From Eledone cirrhosa (taxonomy: Eukaryota), in NCBI GenBank assembly GCA_964016885.1, contig OZ024749.1:8990001-9054000 (forward strand): a DNA stretch of 64,000 nt, written 5' to 3'. Positions 1-14,142 of this stretch are shown here, in pieces. Below the pieces are notes generated by a model. The model searched no databases. It was given only the letters and a program-made list of their open reading frames with translations, and was not told where the DNA came from. The translations under genes and the position numbers were made by a program. The stretch's first letter is position 1. Each line of letters begins with the position of its first letter.

Positions 1-3000
1 TGTGTACTTATGTGTATTTGTGTGTATGTACATGTGTGTATTTGTGTGTGTGTACATATGTGTATTTGTGTGTATGTACATGTGTGTATTTGTGTGTGTG
101 TACACGTGTGTATTTGTGTGTATGTACATGTGTGTATGTACATGTGTGTATGTACATGTGTGTATTTGTGCGTGTGTACATATGTGTATTTGTGTGTATG
201 TACATGTGTGTATTTGTGTGTGTGTACACGTGTGTATTTGTGTGTATGTACATGTGTGTATTTGTGTGTATGTACACATGTGTATTTGTGTGTATGTACA
301 TGTGTGTATTTGTGTGTGTGTACATATGTGTATTTGTGTCTATGTACCTATGTGTATTTGTGTGTATGTACACATGTGTATTTGTGTGTATGTACATGTG
401 TGTATTTGTGTGTGTGTACTTATGTGTATTTGTGTGTATGTACATGTGTGTACATGTGTGTATTTGTGTGTATGTACATATGTGTACATGTGTGTATTTG
501 TGTGTATGTACATATGTGTATTTGTGTGTATGTACATGTGTGTATGTACATGTGTGTATGTACATGTGTGTATTTGTGTGTATGTACATGTGTGTATTTG
601 TGTGTGTGTACATATGTGTATTTGTGTGTATGTACATGTGTGTATTTGTGTGTATGTACATGTGTGTATTTGTGTGTATGTACATATGTGTACATGTGTG
701 TATGTACACATGTGTATGTGTGTGTATTTGTGTGTATGTACATGTGTGTATTTGTGTGTGTGTACTTATGTGTATTTGTGTGTGTGTACATGTGTGTATT
801 TGTGTGTGTGTACACGTGTGTATTTGTGTGTATGTACATGTGTGTATTTGTGTGTATGTACATGTGTGTATTTGTGTGTATGTACATGTGTGTATTTGTG
901 TGTATGTACATGTGTGTATTTGTGTGTATGTACATGTGTGTGTGTACATGTGTGTATTTGTGTGTATGTACATGTGTGTATTTGTGTGTATGTACATGTG
1001 TGTATTTGTGTGTATGTACATGTGTGTGTGTACATGTGTGTATTTGTGTGTATGTACATGTGTGTATTTGTGTGTATGTACATGTGTGTATTTGTGTGTG
1101 TGTACATATGTGTATTTGTGTGTATGTACATATGTGTATTTGTGTGTGTGTACATATGTGTATTTGTGTGTATGTACATATGTGTATTTGTGTGTATGTA
1201 CATGTGTGTATTTATGTGTATGTACACATGTGTATTTGTGTGTATGTACATGTGTGTATATGTGTGTATGTACATATGTGTATTTGTGTGTGTGTACATA
1301 TGTGTATTTGTGTGTGTGTACTTATGTGTATTTGTGTGTATGTACATGTGTGTATTTGTGTGTGTGTACATATGTGTATTTGTGTGTATGTACATGTGTG
1401 TATTTGTGTGTGTGTACACGTGTGTATTTGTGTGTATGTACATGTGTGTATTTGTGTGTATGTACACATGTGTCTTTGTGTGTATGTACATGTGTGTATT
1501 TGTGTGTGTGTACACGTGTGTATTTGTGTGTATGTACATGTGTGTATTTGTGTGTATGTACACATGTGTATTTGTGTGTATGTACATGTGTGTATTTGTG
1601 TGTGTGTACTTATGTGTATTTGTGTGTATGTACATGTGTGTACATGTGTGTATTTGTGTGTATGTACATATGTGTACATGTGTGTATTTGTGTGTATGTA
1701 CATATGTGTATTTGTGTGTATGTACATGTGTGTATGTACATGTGTGTATGTACATGTGTGTATGTACATGTGTGTATTTGTGTGTATGTACATGTGTGTA
1801 TTTGTGTGTGTGTACATATGTGTATTTGTGTGTATGTACATGTGTGTATTTGTGTGTATGTACATGTGTGTATTTGTGTGTATGTACATATGTGTACATG
1901 TGTGTATGTACACATGTGTATGTGTGTGTATTTGTGTGTATGTACATGTGTGTATTTGTGTGTGTGTACTTATGTGTATTTGTGTGTGTGTACATGTGTG
2001 TATTTGTGTGTGTGTACACGTGTGTATTTGTGTGTATGTACATGTGTGTATTTGTGTGTATGTACATGTGTGTATTTGTGTGTATGTACATGTGTGTATT
2101 TGTGTGTATGTACATGTGTGTATTTGTGTGTATGTACATGTGTGTGTGTACATGTGTGTATTTGTGTGTATGTACATGTGTGTATTTGTGTGTATGTACA
2201 TGTGTGTATTTGTGTGTATGTACATGTGTGTGTGTACATGTGTGTATTTGTGTGTATGTACATGTGTGTATTTGTGTGTATGTACATGTGTGTATTTGTG
2301 TGTGTGTACATATGTGTATTTGTGTGTATGTACATATGTGTATTTGTGTGTGTGTACATATGTGTATTTGTGTGTATGTACATATGTGTATTTGTGTGTA
2401 TGTACATGTGTGTATTTATGTGTATGTACACATGTGTATTTGTGTGTATGTACATGTGTGTATATGTGTGTATGTACATATGTGTATTTGTGTGTGTGTA
2501 CATATGTGTATTTGTGTGTGTGTACTTATGTGTATTTGTGTGTATGTACATGTGTGTATTTGTGTGTGTGTACACGTGTGTATTTGTGTGTATGTACATG
2601 TGTGTATTTGTGTGTATGTACACATGTGTATTTGTGTGTATGTACATGTGTGTATTTGTGTGTGTGTACATATGTGTATTTGTGTCTATGTACCTATGTG
2701 TATTTGTGTGTATGTACACATGTGTATTTGTGTGTATGTACATGTGTGTATTTGTGTGTGTGTACTTATGTGTATTTGTGTGTATGTACATGTGTGTACA
2801 TGTGTGTATTTGTGTGTATGTACATATGTGTACATGTGTGTATTTGTGTGTATGTACATATGTGTATTTGTGTGTATGTACATGTGTGTATGTACATGTG
2901 TGTATGTACATGTGTGTATTTGTGTGTATGTACATGTGTGTATTTGTGTGTGTGTACATATGTGTATTTGTGTGTATGTACATGTGTGTATTTGTGTGTA

Positions 3001-5490
3001 TGTACATGTGTGTATTTGTGTGTATGTACATATGTGTACATGTGTGTATGTACACATGTGTATGTGTGTGTATTTGTGTGTATGTACATGTGTGTATTTG
3101 TGTGTGTGTACTTATGTGTATTTGTGTGTGTGTACATGTGTGTATTTGTGTGTGTGTACACGTGTGTATTTGTGTGTATGTACATGTGTGTATTTGTGTG
3201 TATGTACATGTGTGTATTTGTGTGTATGTACATGTGTGTATTTGTGTGTATGTACATGTGTGTATTTGTGTGTATGTACATGTGTGTGTGTACATGTGTG
3301 TATTTGTGTGTATGTACATGTGTGTATTTGTGTGTATGTACATGTGTGTATTTGTGTGTATGTACATGTGTGTGTGTACATGTGTGTATTTGTGTGTATG
3401 TACATGTGTGTATTTGTGTGTATGTACATGTGTGTATTTGTGTGTGTGTACATATGTGTATTTGTGTGTATGTACATATGTGTATTTGTGTGTGTGTACA
3501 TATGTGTATTTGTGTGTATGTACATATGTGTATTTGTGTGTATGTACATGTGTGTATTTATGTGTATGTACACATGTGTATTTGTGTGTATGTACATGTG
3601 TGTATATGTGTGTATGTACATATGTGTATTTGTGTGTGTGTACATATGTGTATTTGTGTGTGTGTACTTATGTGTATTTGTGTGTATGTACATGTGTGTA
3701 TTTGTGTGTGTGTACATATGTGTATTTGTGTGTATGTACATGTGTGTATTTGTGTGTGTGTACACGTGTGTATTTGTGTGTATGTACATGTGTGTATTTG
3801 TGTGTATGTACACATGTGTCTTTGTGTGTATGTACATGTGTGTATTTGTGTGTGTGTACACGTGTGTATTTGTGTGTATGTACATGTGTGTATTTGTGTG
3901 TATGTACACATGTGTATTTGTGTGTATGTACATGTGTGTATTTGTGTGTGTGTACTTATGTGTATTTGTGTGTATGTACATGTGTGTACATGTGTGTATT
4001 TGTGTGTATGTACATATGTGTACATGTGTGTATTTGTGTGTATGTACATATGTGTATTTGTGTGTATGTACATGTGTGTATGTACATGTGTGTATGTACA
4101 TGTGTGTATGTACATGTGTGTATTTGTGTGTATGTACATGTGTGTATTTGTGTGTGTGTACATATGTGTATTTGTGTGTATGTACATGTGTGTATTTGTG
4201 TGTATGTACATGTGTGTATTTGTGTGTATGTACATATGTGTACATGTGTGTATGTACACATGTGTATGTGTGTGTATTTGTGTGTATGTACATGTGTGTA
4301 TTTGTGTGTGTGTACTTATGTGTATTTGTGTGTGTGTACATGTGTGTATTTGTGTGTGTGTACACGTGTGTATTTGTGTGTATGTACATGTGTGTATCTG
4401 TGTGTATGTACATGTGTGTATTTGTGTGTATGTACATGTGTGTATTTGTGTGTATGTACATGTGTGTATTTGTGTGTATGTACATGTGTGTGTGTACATG
4501 TGTGTATTTGTGTGTATGTACATGTGTGTATTTGTGTGTATGTACATGTGTGTATTTGTGTGTATGTACATGTGTGTGTGTACATGTGTGTATTTGTGTG
4601 TATGTACATGTGTGTATTTGTGTGTATGTACATGTGTGTATTTGTGTGTGTGTACATATGTGTATTTGTGTGTATGTACATATGTGTATTTGTGTGTGTG
4701 TACATATGTGTATTTGTGTGTATGTACATATGTGTATTTGTGTGTATGTACATGTGTGTATTTATGTGTATGTACACATGTGTATTTGTGTGTATGTACA
4801 TGTGTGTATATGTGTGTATGTACATATGTGTATTTGTGTGTGTGTACATATGTGTATTTGTGTGTGTGTACTTATGTGTATTTGTGTGTATGTACATGTG
4901 TGTATTTGTGTGTGTGTACATATGTGTATTTGTGTGTATGTACATGTGTGTATTTGTGTGTGTGTACACGTGTGTATTTGTGTGTATGTACATGTGTGTA
5001 TTTGTGTGTATGTACACATGTGTCTTTGTGTGTATGTACATGTGTGTATTTGTGTGTGTGTACATATGTGTATTTGTGTCTATGTACATATGTGTATTTG
5101 TGTGTATGTACACATGTGTATTTGTGTGTATGTACATGTGTGTATTTGTGTGTGTGTACTTATGTGTATTTGTGTGTATGTACATGTGTGTACATGTGTG
5201 TATTTGTGTGTATGTACGTATGTGTACATGTGTGTATTTGTGTGTATGTACATATGTGTATTTGTGTGTATGTACATGTGTGTATGTACATGTGTGTATG
5301 TACATGTGTGTATGTACATGTGTGTATGTACACGTGTGTATGTACATATGTGTATTTGTGTGTATGTACATGTGTGGATTTGTGTGTATGTACATGTGTG
5401 TATTTGTGTGTATGTACATGTGTGTATTTGTGTGTATGTACATGTGTGTATTTGTGTGTATGTACATGTGTGTATGTGTGTGTATGTACA
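1..5490. repeat. 24-bp satellite (TGTGTGTATTTGTGTGTATGTACA) with higher-order structure
   Basis: Unit read directly. The 8-aa periodicity of the spurious ORFs fits 24 bp. Identical ORF translations recur at a 2346-bp offset (340/2686, 420/2766, 1212/3558, 1610/3956). Confidence 0.95.
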
Positions 5491-5586
5491 TCTGTCAGCT
5501 GTATGTGTCTGTGAGTGTGTGTGTGTGTTTTAAGTGCGTACGTCATGCATGTGTGTGTTTGTGTGTGTGTTTGTGCATGTGTGGAA

Positions 5587-6492
5587 GTGTGTTAGTGTAT
5601 GTGTTACTGTGTCAGTGTATGTGTGAGTGTGTCAGTGTATGTGTGAGTGTGATTGTGTATGTGTGAGTGTGTTTGTGTATGTGTGAGTGTGTCTGTGTAT
5701 GTGTGAGTGTGTTTGTGTATGTGTGAGTGGGTCAGTGTATGTGTGAGTGTGTCAGTGTATGTGTGAGTGTGTCAGTGTATGTGTGAGTGTGTCTGTGTAT
5801 GTGTGAGTGTGTCTGTGTATGTGTGAGTGTGTCGGTGTATGTGTGAGTGTGTCAGTGTGTGTGTGAGTGTGTCAGTGTATGTGTGAGTGTGTTAGTGTAT
5901 GTGTGAGTGTGTCGGTGTATGTGTGAGTGTGTTAGTGTATGTGTGAGTGTGTCAGTGTATGTGTGAGTGTGTTAGTGTATGTGTGAGTGTGTTAGTGTAT
6001 GTGTGAGTGTGTCAGTGTATGTGTGAGTGTGTCAGTGTATGTGTGAGTGTGTTAGTGTATGTGTGAGTGTGTCAGTGTATGTGTGAGTGTGTTAGTGTAT
6101 GTGTGAGTGTGTTAGTGTATGTGTGAGTGTGTCAGTGTATGTGTGAGTGTGTCAGTGTATGTGTGAGTGTGTTAGTGTATGTGTGAGTGTGTCAGTGTAT
6201 GTGTGAGTGTGTTAGTGTATGTGTGAGTGTGTTAGTGTATCTGTGAGTGTGTCAGTGTATGTGTGAGTGTGTCAGTGTATGTGTGAGTGTGTTAGTGTAT
6301 GTGTGAGTGTGTTTGTGTATGTGTGAGTGTGTTAGTGTATGTGTGAGTGTGTCAGTGTATGTGTGAGTGTGTTAGTGTATGTGTGAGTGTGTCAGTGTAT
6401 GTGTGAGTGTGTTAGTGTATGTGTGAGTGTGTCAGTGTATGTGTGAGTGTGTTAGTGTATGTGTGAGTGTGTTAGTGTATGTGTGAGTGTGT
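5587..6492. repeat. 20-bp tandem repeat (GTGTGAGTGTGTYAGTGTAT)
   Basis: Units stay in register with the 10-base blocks over ~45 copies. Confidence 0.95.
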
Positions 6493-6615
6493 GTAGTCTC
6501 CATGTAACAGCACAAAGCTGTTAGAGTATGACGCGAGAACTGGGGTAGAAATCCCAGTACATTCGAGAGAAACTTTAAGATGAAAGGACTCTGATAAGAT
6601 GTCAAAATATAGCCT

Positions 6616-7322
6616 GGTGGTAGATCTGGTGGTAGAGCTGGTAGAGGTGGTAGATCTGGTGGTAGAGATGGTGGTAGAGGTGGTAAAGGTGGTGGTAGAG
6701 GTGGTGGTCGAGGTGGTGGTAGAGGTGGTGGTAGAGGTGGTGGTAGAGGTGGTGGTAGAGGTGGTATAGGTGGTATAGGTGGTAGATCTGGTGGTAGATC
6801 TGGTGGTAGAGCTGGTAGAGGTGGTAGATCTGGTGTTAGAGATGGTAGAGGTGGTAGATCTGGTGGTAGAGGTGGTAGAGGTGGTAAAGGTGGTAGATCT
6901 GGTGGTAGAGGTGGTGGTAGAGGTGGTGGTAGAGGTGGTATAGGTGGTAGATCTGGTGGTAGAGGTGGTGGTAGAGGTGGTAGAGGTGGTAGATCTGGTG
7001 GTAGAGGTGGTAGAGGTGGTAGATCTGGTGGTAGAGGTGGTAGAGGTGGTAGAGGTGGTAGATCTGGTGGTAGAGGTGGTGGTAGAGGTGCTAGAGGTGG
7101 TAGATTTGGTGGTAGAGGTGGTGGTAGAAGTGGCGGTAGATCTGGTGGTAGATCTGGTGGCAGAGGTGGTAGATCTGGTGGGAGAAGTGGTGTTAGAGTT
7201 GGTGGAGGTGGTGGTCGAGGTGGAGGTAGAGGTGGTGGCACATCTGGTGGTAGGGGTGGTGGTAGAGGTGGTGATAGAGGTTGTAGAGGTGGTAGTAGAG
7301 GTCGTGGTAGAGGTGGTGGTAG
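6616..7322. repeat. GGT-based minisatellite (GGTGGTAGA / GGTAGATCT)
   Basis: Triplet-derived low-complexity array. It produces the Pro-rich and Thr-rich pseudo-ORFs. Confidence 0.9.
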
Positions 7323-10311
7323 TATTCCAACAACTGTAGCTATTCACGTCTGGAACATTCCTCACCTCCTCCCTAATATCAGGTTGGTTCCCTCTCAATA
7401 TTTCCCAGTTATATTCCAACAACCGTAGCTACTCACGTCTGGAACATTCCTCACCTCCTCCCTAATATCAGGTTGGTTCCCTCTCAATATTTCCCAGTTA
7501 TATTCCAACAACCGTAGCTATTCACGTCTGGAACATTCCTCACCTCCTCCCTAATATCAGGTTGGTTCCCTCTCAATATTTCCCAGTCATATTCCAACAA
7601 CCGTAGCTATTCACGTCTGGAACATTCCTCACCTCCTCCCTAATATCAGGTTGGTTCCCTCTCAATATTTCCCAGTCATATTCCAACAACCGTAGCTATT
7701 CACGTCTGGAACATTCCTCACCTCCTCCCTAATATCAGGTTGGTTCCCTCTCAATATTTCCCAGTTATATTCCAACAACCGTAGCTATTCACGTCTGGAA
7801 CATTCCTCACCTCCTCCCTAATATCAGGTTGGTTCCCTCTCAATATTTCCCAGTCATATTCCAACAACCGTAGCTATTCACGTCTGGAACATTCCTCACC
7901 TCCTCCCTAATATCAGGTTGGTTCCCTCTCAATATTTCCCAGTTATATTCCAACAACTGTAGCTATTCACGTCTGGAACATTCCTCACCTCCTCCCTAAT
8001 ATCAGGTTGGTTCCCTCTCAATATTTCCCAGTTATATTCCAACAACCGTAGCTACTCACGTCTGGAACATTCCCCACCTCCTCCCTAATATCAGGTTGGT
8101 TCCCTCTCAATATTTCCCAGTTATATTCCAACAACCGTAGCTATTCACGTCTGGAACATTCCTTACCTTCTCCCTAATATCAGGTTGGTTCCCTCTCAAT
8201 ATTTCCCAGTCATATTCCAACAACCGTAGCTACTCACGTCTGGACCATTCCTTACCTTCTCCCTAATATCAGGTTGGTTCCCTCTCAATATTTCCCAGTT
8301 ATATTCCAACAACCGTAGCTATTCACGTCTGGAACATTCCTTACCTTCTCCCTAATATCAGGTTGGTTCCCTCTCAATATTTCCCAGTCATATTCCAACA
8401 ACCGTAGCTACTCACGTTTGGACCATTCCTTACCTTCTCCCTAATATCAGGTTGGTTCCCTCTCAATATTTCCCAGTTATATTCCAACAACCGTAGCTAC
8501 TCACGTCTGGAACATTCCATACCTTCTCCCTAATATCAGGTTGGTTCCCTCTCAATATTTCCCAGTCATATTCCAACAACTGTAGCTACTCACGTCTGGA
8601 ACATTCCTCACCTCCTCCCTAATATCAGGTTGGTTCCCTCTCAATATTTCCCAGTTATATTCCAACAACTGTGGCTATTCACGTCTGGAACATTCCTCAC
8701 CTCCTCCCTAATATCAGGTTGGTTCTCTCTCAATATTTCCCAGTCATATTCCAACAACTGTAGCTATTCACGTCTGGAACATTCCTTACCTCCTCCCTAA
8801 TATCAGGTTGGTTCCCTCTCAATATTTCCCAGTCATATTCCAACAACCGTAGCTATTCACGTCTGGAACATTCCTTACCTTCTCCCTAATATCAGGTTGG
8901 TTCCCTCTCAATATTTCCCAGTCATATTCCAACAACCGTAGCTATTCACGTCTGGAACATTCCTTACCTCCTCCCTAATATCAGGTTGGTTCCCTCTCAA
9001 TATTTCCCAGTTATATTCCAACAACTGTAGCTATTCACGTCTGGAACATTCCTCACCTCCTAATATCAGGTTGGTTCCCTCTCAATATTTCCCAGTTATA
9101 TTCCAACAACCGTAGCTATTCACGTCTGGAACATTCCTCACCTCCTCCCTAATATCAGGTTGGTTCCCTCTCAATATTTCCCAGTCATATTCCAACAACC
9201 GTAGCTATTCACGTCTGGAACATTCCTTACCTCCTCCCTAATATCAGGTTGGTTCCCTCTCAATATTTCCCAGTCATATTCCAACAACCGTAGCTATTCA
9301 CATCTGGAACATTCCTTACCTTCTCCCTAATATCAGGTTGGTTCCCTCTCAATATTTCCCAGTCATATTCCAACAACTGTAGCTACTCACGTCTGGAACA
9401 TTCCTTACCTTCTCCCTAATATCAGGTTGGTTCCCTCTCAATATTTCCCAGTCATATTCCAACAACCGTAGCTACTCACGTCTGGAACATTCCTTACCTT
9501 CTCCCTAATATCAAGTTGGTTCCCTCTCAATATTTCCAAGTCATATTCCAACAACTGTAGCTATTCACGTCTGGAACGTTCCTTACCTTCTCCCTAATAT
9601 CAAGTTGGTTCCCTCTCAATATTTCCCAGTCATATTCCAACAACCGTAGCTACTCACGTCTGGAACATTCCTTACCTTCTCCCTAATATCAAGTTGGTTC
9701 CCTCTCAATATTTCCCAGTTATATTCCAACAACTGTAGCTATTCACGTCTGGAACATTCCTCACCTCCTCCCTAATATCAGGTTGGTTCCCTCTCAATAT
9801 TTCCCAGTCATATTACAACAACTGTAGCTACTCACGTCTGGAACATTCCTTACCTTCTCCCTAATATCAAGTTGGTTCCCTCTCAATATTTCCCAGTCAT
9901 ATTCCAACAACTGTAGCTATTCACGCCTGGAACATTCCTTACCTTCTCCCTAATAGCAGGTTGGTTCCCTCTCAATATTTCCCAGTTATATTCCAACAAC
10001 TGTAGCTATTCACGCCTGGAACATTCCTTACCTTCTCCCTAATATCAGGTTGGTTCCCTCTCAATATTTCCCAGTCATATTCCAACAACCGTAGCTATTC
10101 ACGTCTGGAACATTCCTTACCTTCTCCCTAATATCAGGTTGGTTCCCTCTCAATATTTCCCAGTCATATTCCAACAACTGTAGCTATTCACGTCTGGAAC
10201 ATTCCTCACCTCCTCCCTAATATCAGGTTGGTTCCCTCTCAATATTTCCCAGTCATATTCCAACAACCGTAGCTATTCACGTCTGGAACATTCCTCACCT
10301 CCTAATATCAG
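7323..10311. repeat. 89-bp satellite, ~33.5 copies
   Basis: TATTCCAACAAC recurs at 7323, 7412, 7501, 7590 and onward. Units are near-identical with a few dimorphic sites and no unique spacers. Confidence 0.97.
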
Positions 10312-10427
10312 AAACCAATATTTCTCCACATGAAAATATTTCTTACTTCTTCTCTCTTATATTTTACATTTTTCAAACAAGATCCTTTTCAATGTTTGTG
10401 TTGCACCTTTCCATTGAATTTATCTCT

Positions 10428-11166
10428 GTGTGTGTGGTGTGAGAGAGTGTGTGTGGTGTGTGTGAGTGTGTGTGGTGTGTGAGAGTGTGTGTGTGATGTG
10501 TGTGGTGTGAGAGTGTGTGTGATATGTGAGAGTGTGAGAGAGTGTGAGAGTGTGTGTGATGTGTGTGATGTGAGAGTGTGTGTGTTGTTTGAGAGTGTGA
10601 GAGAGTGTGTGAGAGTGTGTGTGGTGTGTGAGAGTGTGTGTGTTGTGTGTGTGGTGTGTGAAAGTGTGTGTGGTGTGTGAGTGTGTGTGTAGTGTGTGAG
10701 AGTGTGTTGTGTGTTAGAGTGTGTTTGTGTGGTGTGTGGTGTGAGAGTGTGTTTGTGGTGTATGAGAGTGTGTGGTGTGTGTGAGTGTGTGTGTAGTGCG
10801 TGTGATGTGTGAGAGTGTGTGTGTGGGGTGTGTGGTGTGAGAGTGTGTGTGGTGTGTTAGAGTGTGTGTGGTATGTGAGAATGTGTGGTGTGTGTGGTGT
10901 GTGAGAGTATGTGTGGTGTGTGAGAGTGTGTGGTGTGTGAGAGTGTGTGGTGTATGTGGTGTGTGAGAGTGTGGGGTGTATGTGGTGTGTGAGAGTGTGT
11001 GGTGTGTGAGAGTGTGTGTGGTGTGTGAGAGTGTGTGGTGTGTGTGGTGTGTAAGAGTGTGTGTGGTGTGTGAGAGTGTGTGTGTGGTGTGTGTGTGTGG
11101 TGTGAGAGTGTGTGTGTGAGAGAATGTGTTTGTGATGTGTATGTAGTGTGTGTGGTGTGAGTGTGT
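10428..11166. repeat. Degenerate (GT)n/(GA)n low-complexity tract
   Basis: Direct reading. Confidence 0.9.
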
Positions 11167-11639
11167 TAATTTTTTTTTTTTGGTACCTTTATATTCCTCT
11201 TTTATTCCGTGTATATATATATATATCTGTGTATGTGTGTGTGTGTGTGTGTGTGTCTGTATGTGTGTGTGTATTGTTGTTGTTTATTTCATTTATCATC
11301 AATCTTGAATTATTTTAATTTATTTCTTTTTTTTCTAATCAAAACTTTTCTCCCCAATTTTTTTTTTTTTTAACAACTAGCTTTTAATTCTATTTTCTAC
11401 TTGGAATTGTAACAACTTTCGTTTTATTTCTTATTTTTTATCTTCTTCTCTAACTGAATACAACAGCAACAACAACAACAACAACAAGGAAAACATACAA
11501 AAAAAAAGAAATGCGTTCATTTCAAAAATTCTAAGTACAGCTACGATAGCAAAATGGCGATTTAACCTTTGAAATAATAACTGCTCTTATTTTCTCTCTT
11601 TTTATGAAGATTGATTTAATCCAAAATACTATTGCTCTG

Positions 11640-11739
11640 TTTCTTCCTGTTCTTTCTCTCTTCCTTCCTTCTCTCTCTCTCTCTCTCTTCCTTTTCTTGC
11701 TCTATTTATCTCTCTCTATCTCTCTCTCGTCCTTTTCTT

Positions 11740-11773
<34 letters not shown>

Positions 11774-12095
11774 ACTCTTACTCTTCTTCTTCTTCCTTAG
11801 CTTTTTCTCGTTCTCTCGCTTCCTTTTCTTCCTCCTGCTCTCTCTATCTCTCTCTCTCTCCTTCTTTCTCTTTCTTTTTCTCTTCTTCACGCTCCCTCTT
11901 TATCCCTCTCTCTTCTTTCTGCTCTCTCTTTCTCTCTTCTTCCCCCTTTTTCTCCTTCCCTCTCTCATTCACTCTCTTTCCTTCCTTTTCTCTCTCATTC
12001 CCTCTCTCCCTTTTCATTTTCCTGCTCCAACCTCATCCCCCCTCCCTTCTCCCCCTCTCCCCCACTCCCACACATTCTCTCTCTCTCCCTCCTGT
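11640..12095. repeat. Polypyrimidine (CT-rich) tract
   Basis: Direct reading. Confidence 0.9.
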
Positions 12096-12159
12096 CTTTA
12101 TGTTATATCAACAAGAAATCGTGATTATTACCGTTTCTCCCTTTATCGTTATTTAGAAA

Positions 12160-12372
12160 TAATTGTTTCTACTTTTGGCACAAGGCCAGCAATTACCCAG
12201 TGCATTACTGGTACTAACGATTTCTGACTCAGCCACAAGGCCATCGATTTATTTCATCGACCCTGTAAGGGTGAAAGGCAGATCTAACTTTGGTGAGATT
12301 TGAACTCAGAAGGTAAAGGGCCATAACTGTATGCTGCAAACCATATCTCCCGGACGCTCTACTGGACGGCTG
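12160..12372 (-). mobile_element. tRNA-derived SINE (family A), diverged
   Basis: Similar to the copies at 42270, 54807 and 55667. B-box-like GAGTTCAAATC on the minus strand and a GCCTTTCA..GGGTCGAT central block. Confidence 0.8.
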
Positions 12373-12431
12373 ACTTAATAGAGTGGCTATTAAATTATAA
12401 TATCTTGTTGTATTTACTTATACCTCTTTAC

Positions 12432-12740
12432 AGTCTGAGTTCGAATCCCGCCACGAAATCAACTTTGCCTTTCATCCTTCACAGAAATCGATAAAATTAG
12501 TATGAAGCGAGTTTAAGGGTCAATAGACTCGACTATATTGCACCCCCTCCTACAAATTCTGTTAGATATTACAATGGTAGCTTCCCAGAAACGTTAGAGT
12601 GTCGGGAAAAAGTCCCTGTGGCATCTAACTACAGACCTTGACGTTCTGAGTTCAAATCTTCGTATGGTCAACTTTGTGTTTCATCCTTCTCGGGGTCAAT
12701 CAAAGAAGCAGTCAAGTACTGCGATCGATTTAATTGAATA
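12432..12740 (+). mobile_element. Two adjacent diverged SINE (family A-related) fragments
   Basis: CTGAGTTCGAATCCCGCC..CAACTTTGCCTTTCATCCTT and CTGAGTTCAAATC..CAACTTTGTGTTTCATCCTTCTCGGGGTC. Confidence 0.7.
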
Positions 12741-12826
12741 ACACTCCATCACACGCAATATTTCATATCTATTATATATATATATATATACACATATACT
12801 TATATATCTATATATATATACACACG

Positions 12827-12855
<29 letters not shown>

Positions 12856-12857
<2 letters not shown>

Positions 12858-13033
12858 CGAAGGAGTTGTGCTAAGGAACCAGATGGACCATAACACACCA
12901 GAGTACTCAATACTTAGGGTAGTAGAGTGGATAATAGGAAAAAGTATGACCCCGACGGCAGAGCTCAAGCCGTTTCCAGAAATAGCCGTCGAAACGGCTT
13001 GAGCTCTGCCGTCGGGGTCATACTTTTTCCTAT
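12856..13033 (-). mobile_element. Fold-back 'half-hammerhead' element, copy 1
   Basis: Inverted arms 12934-12976 and 12991-13033 plus an ~80-bp unique tail, bounded by (TA)n. Contains GAAAC-GGC..GCC-GTC (hammerhead stem III plus GUC site). Confidence 0.85.
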
Positions 13034-13527
13034 ATATATATGTGTGTGTGTGTGTGTGTACACCCTCTCTTATATCTCTAATTCGCTCTACATCCTTTTC
13101 TTCTTTAAGTTTATCATATTATTATTTGTGGTATATAAATGTTGAGATTTGATGAAATAAATCACTGCCAATACTGGAATTGAAATATCAAGACCGTTGA
13201 GGTATGTCATATATCAAATCCTAAATTTTATCTGACGGGGACGTACTGGAAAAAAAACAACACAGTAACTTTGAAATATATATAATAAAGCATATCTTTT
13301 GATTATGTGAATATCTTCATTTGTTAATATTTTGAATAATATATATATATATATATATAAAGAATTAGTATATCTACTAACATATATACACAGATGCATA
13401 CCTATGCTAGCAAATATATAGGTTTTGTCTTAGTAACTTTGTGGTCCAATGCAAGGGGATGCAGAACAATAATATGAAAGACGTAAAATAAGAAAATTAT
13501 AAAAATTAACTTACTTACAAAAATTTC

Positions 13528-13610
13528 ACTCCAACTAATTAGTTTCTGAAAGGGAATAAACATGGTTTCCGAAGAAATGCACGGAGAAATCCTGTCGTCA
13601 TCAGGTAAGT
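13528..13610 (-). ncRNA. Type I hammerhead ribozyme (unit 1)
   Basis: Minus strand: acttac-CTGATGA-stem II-GAAAC-TAATTA-GTT-ggagt. Palindromic stem III (ACTAATTAGT). Stems I and II carry substitutions relative to unit 2. Confidence 0.65.
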
Positions 13611-14059
13611 CTATTCTCAGCTAAGTTTCCAGGCAATGCGTGGACACGGGGAACTTATACAAAAATAATTCAGTGGATGGAAAAAAGCAAAGCGTGGACT
13701 AAGTTCCAAGACATTGAAAAAAATCACTGCCTACTCGGTCGGTGGCAAATTCAAAAGAATCAATCACGTGACATCGAGGTTAATCAGTGAGGAGTTGTGT
13801 GTTAAGAAGACAGCAGCCGAACCATTACTATGAACTATAGTAGCAGTCTTGGCAAATTTTTGCTCAACAAAATAATTTGGAGATAATTATAAAGAATTAG
13901 TATATCTACTAACATATATATACAGATGCATACCTATGCTAGCAAATATATAGGTTTTGTCTTAGTAACTTTGTGGTTCAATGCAAGGGGATGCAGAACA
14001 ATAATATGAAAGACGTAAAATAAGAAAATTATAAAAATTAACTTACTTACTAAAATTTC

Positions 14060-14142
14060 ACTCCAACTAATTAGTTTCTGAAAGGGAATAAACATGGTTT
14101 CCGAAGAAACGCACGGAGAAATCCTTTCGTCATCAGGGAAGT
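14060..14142 (-). ncRNA. Type I hammerhead ribozyme (unit 2)
   Basis: acttcc-CTGATGA-c-gaaagg...cctttc-a-GAAAC-TAATTA-GTT-ggagt. Stems I, II and III can all be paired. Confidence 0.75.

Noticed and set aside
2-5666. Three overlapping ~1,800-aa ORFs and many antisense ORFs
   Set aside because: They are read-throughs of a stop-free 24-bp satellite, open in all three plus frames at once.
7323-10311. Possible CRISPR array
   Set aside because: Units are contiguous near-identical repeats with no unique spacers, there are no cas genes, and the context is eukaryotic.
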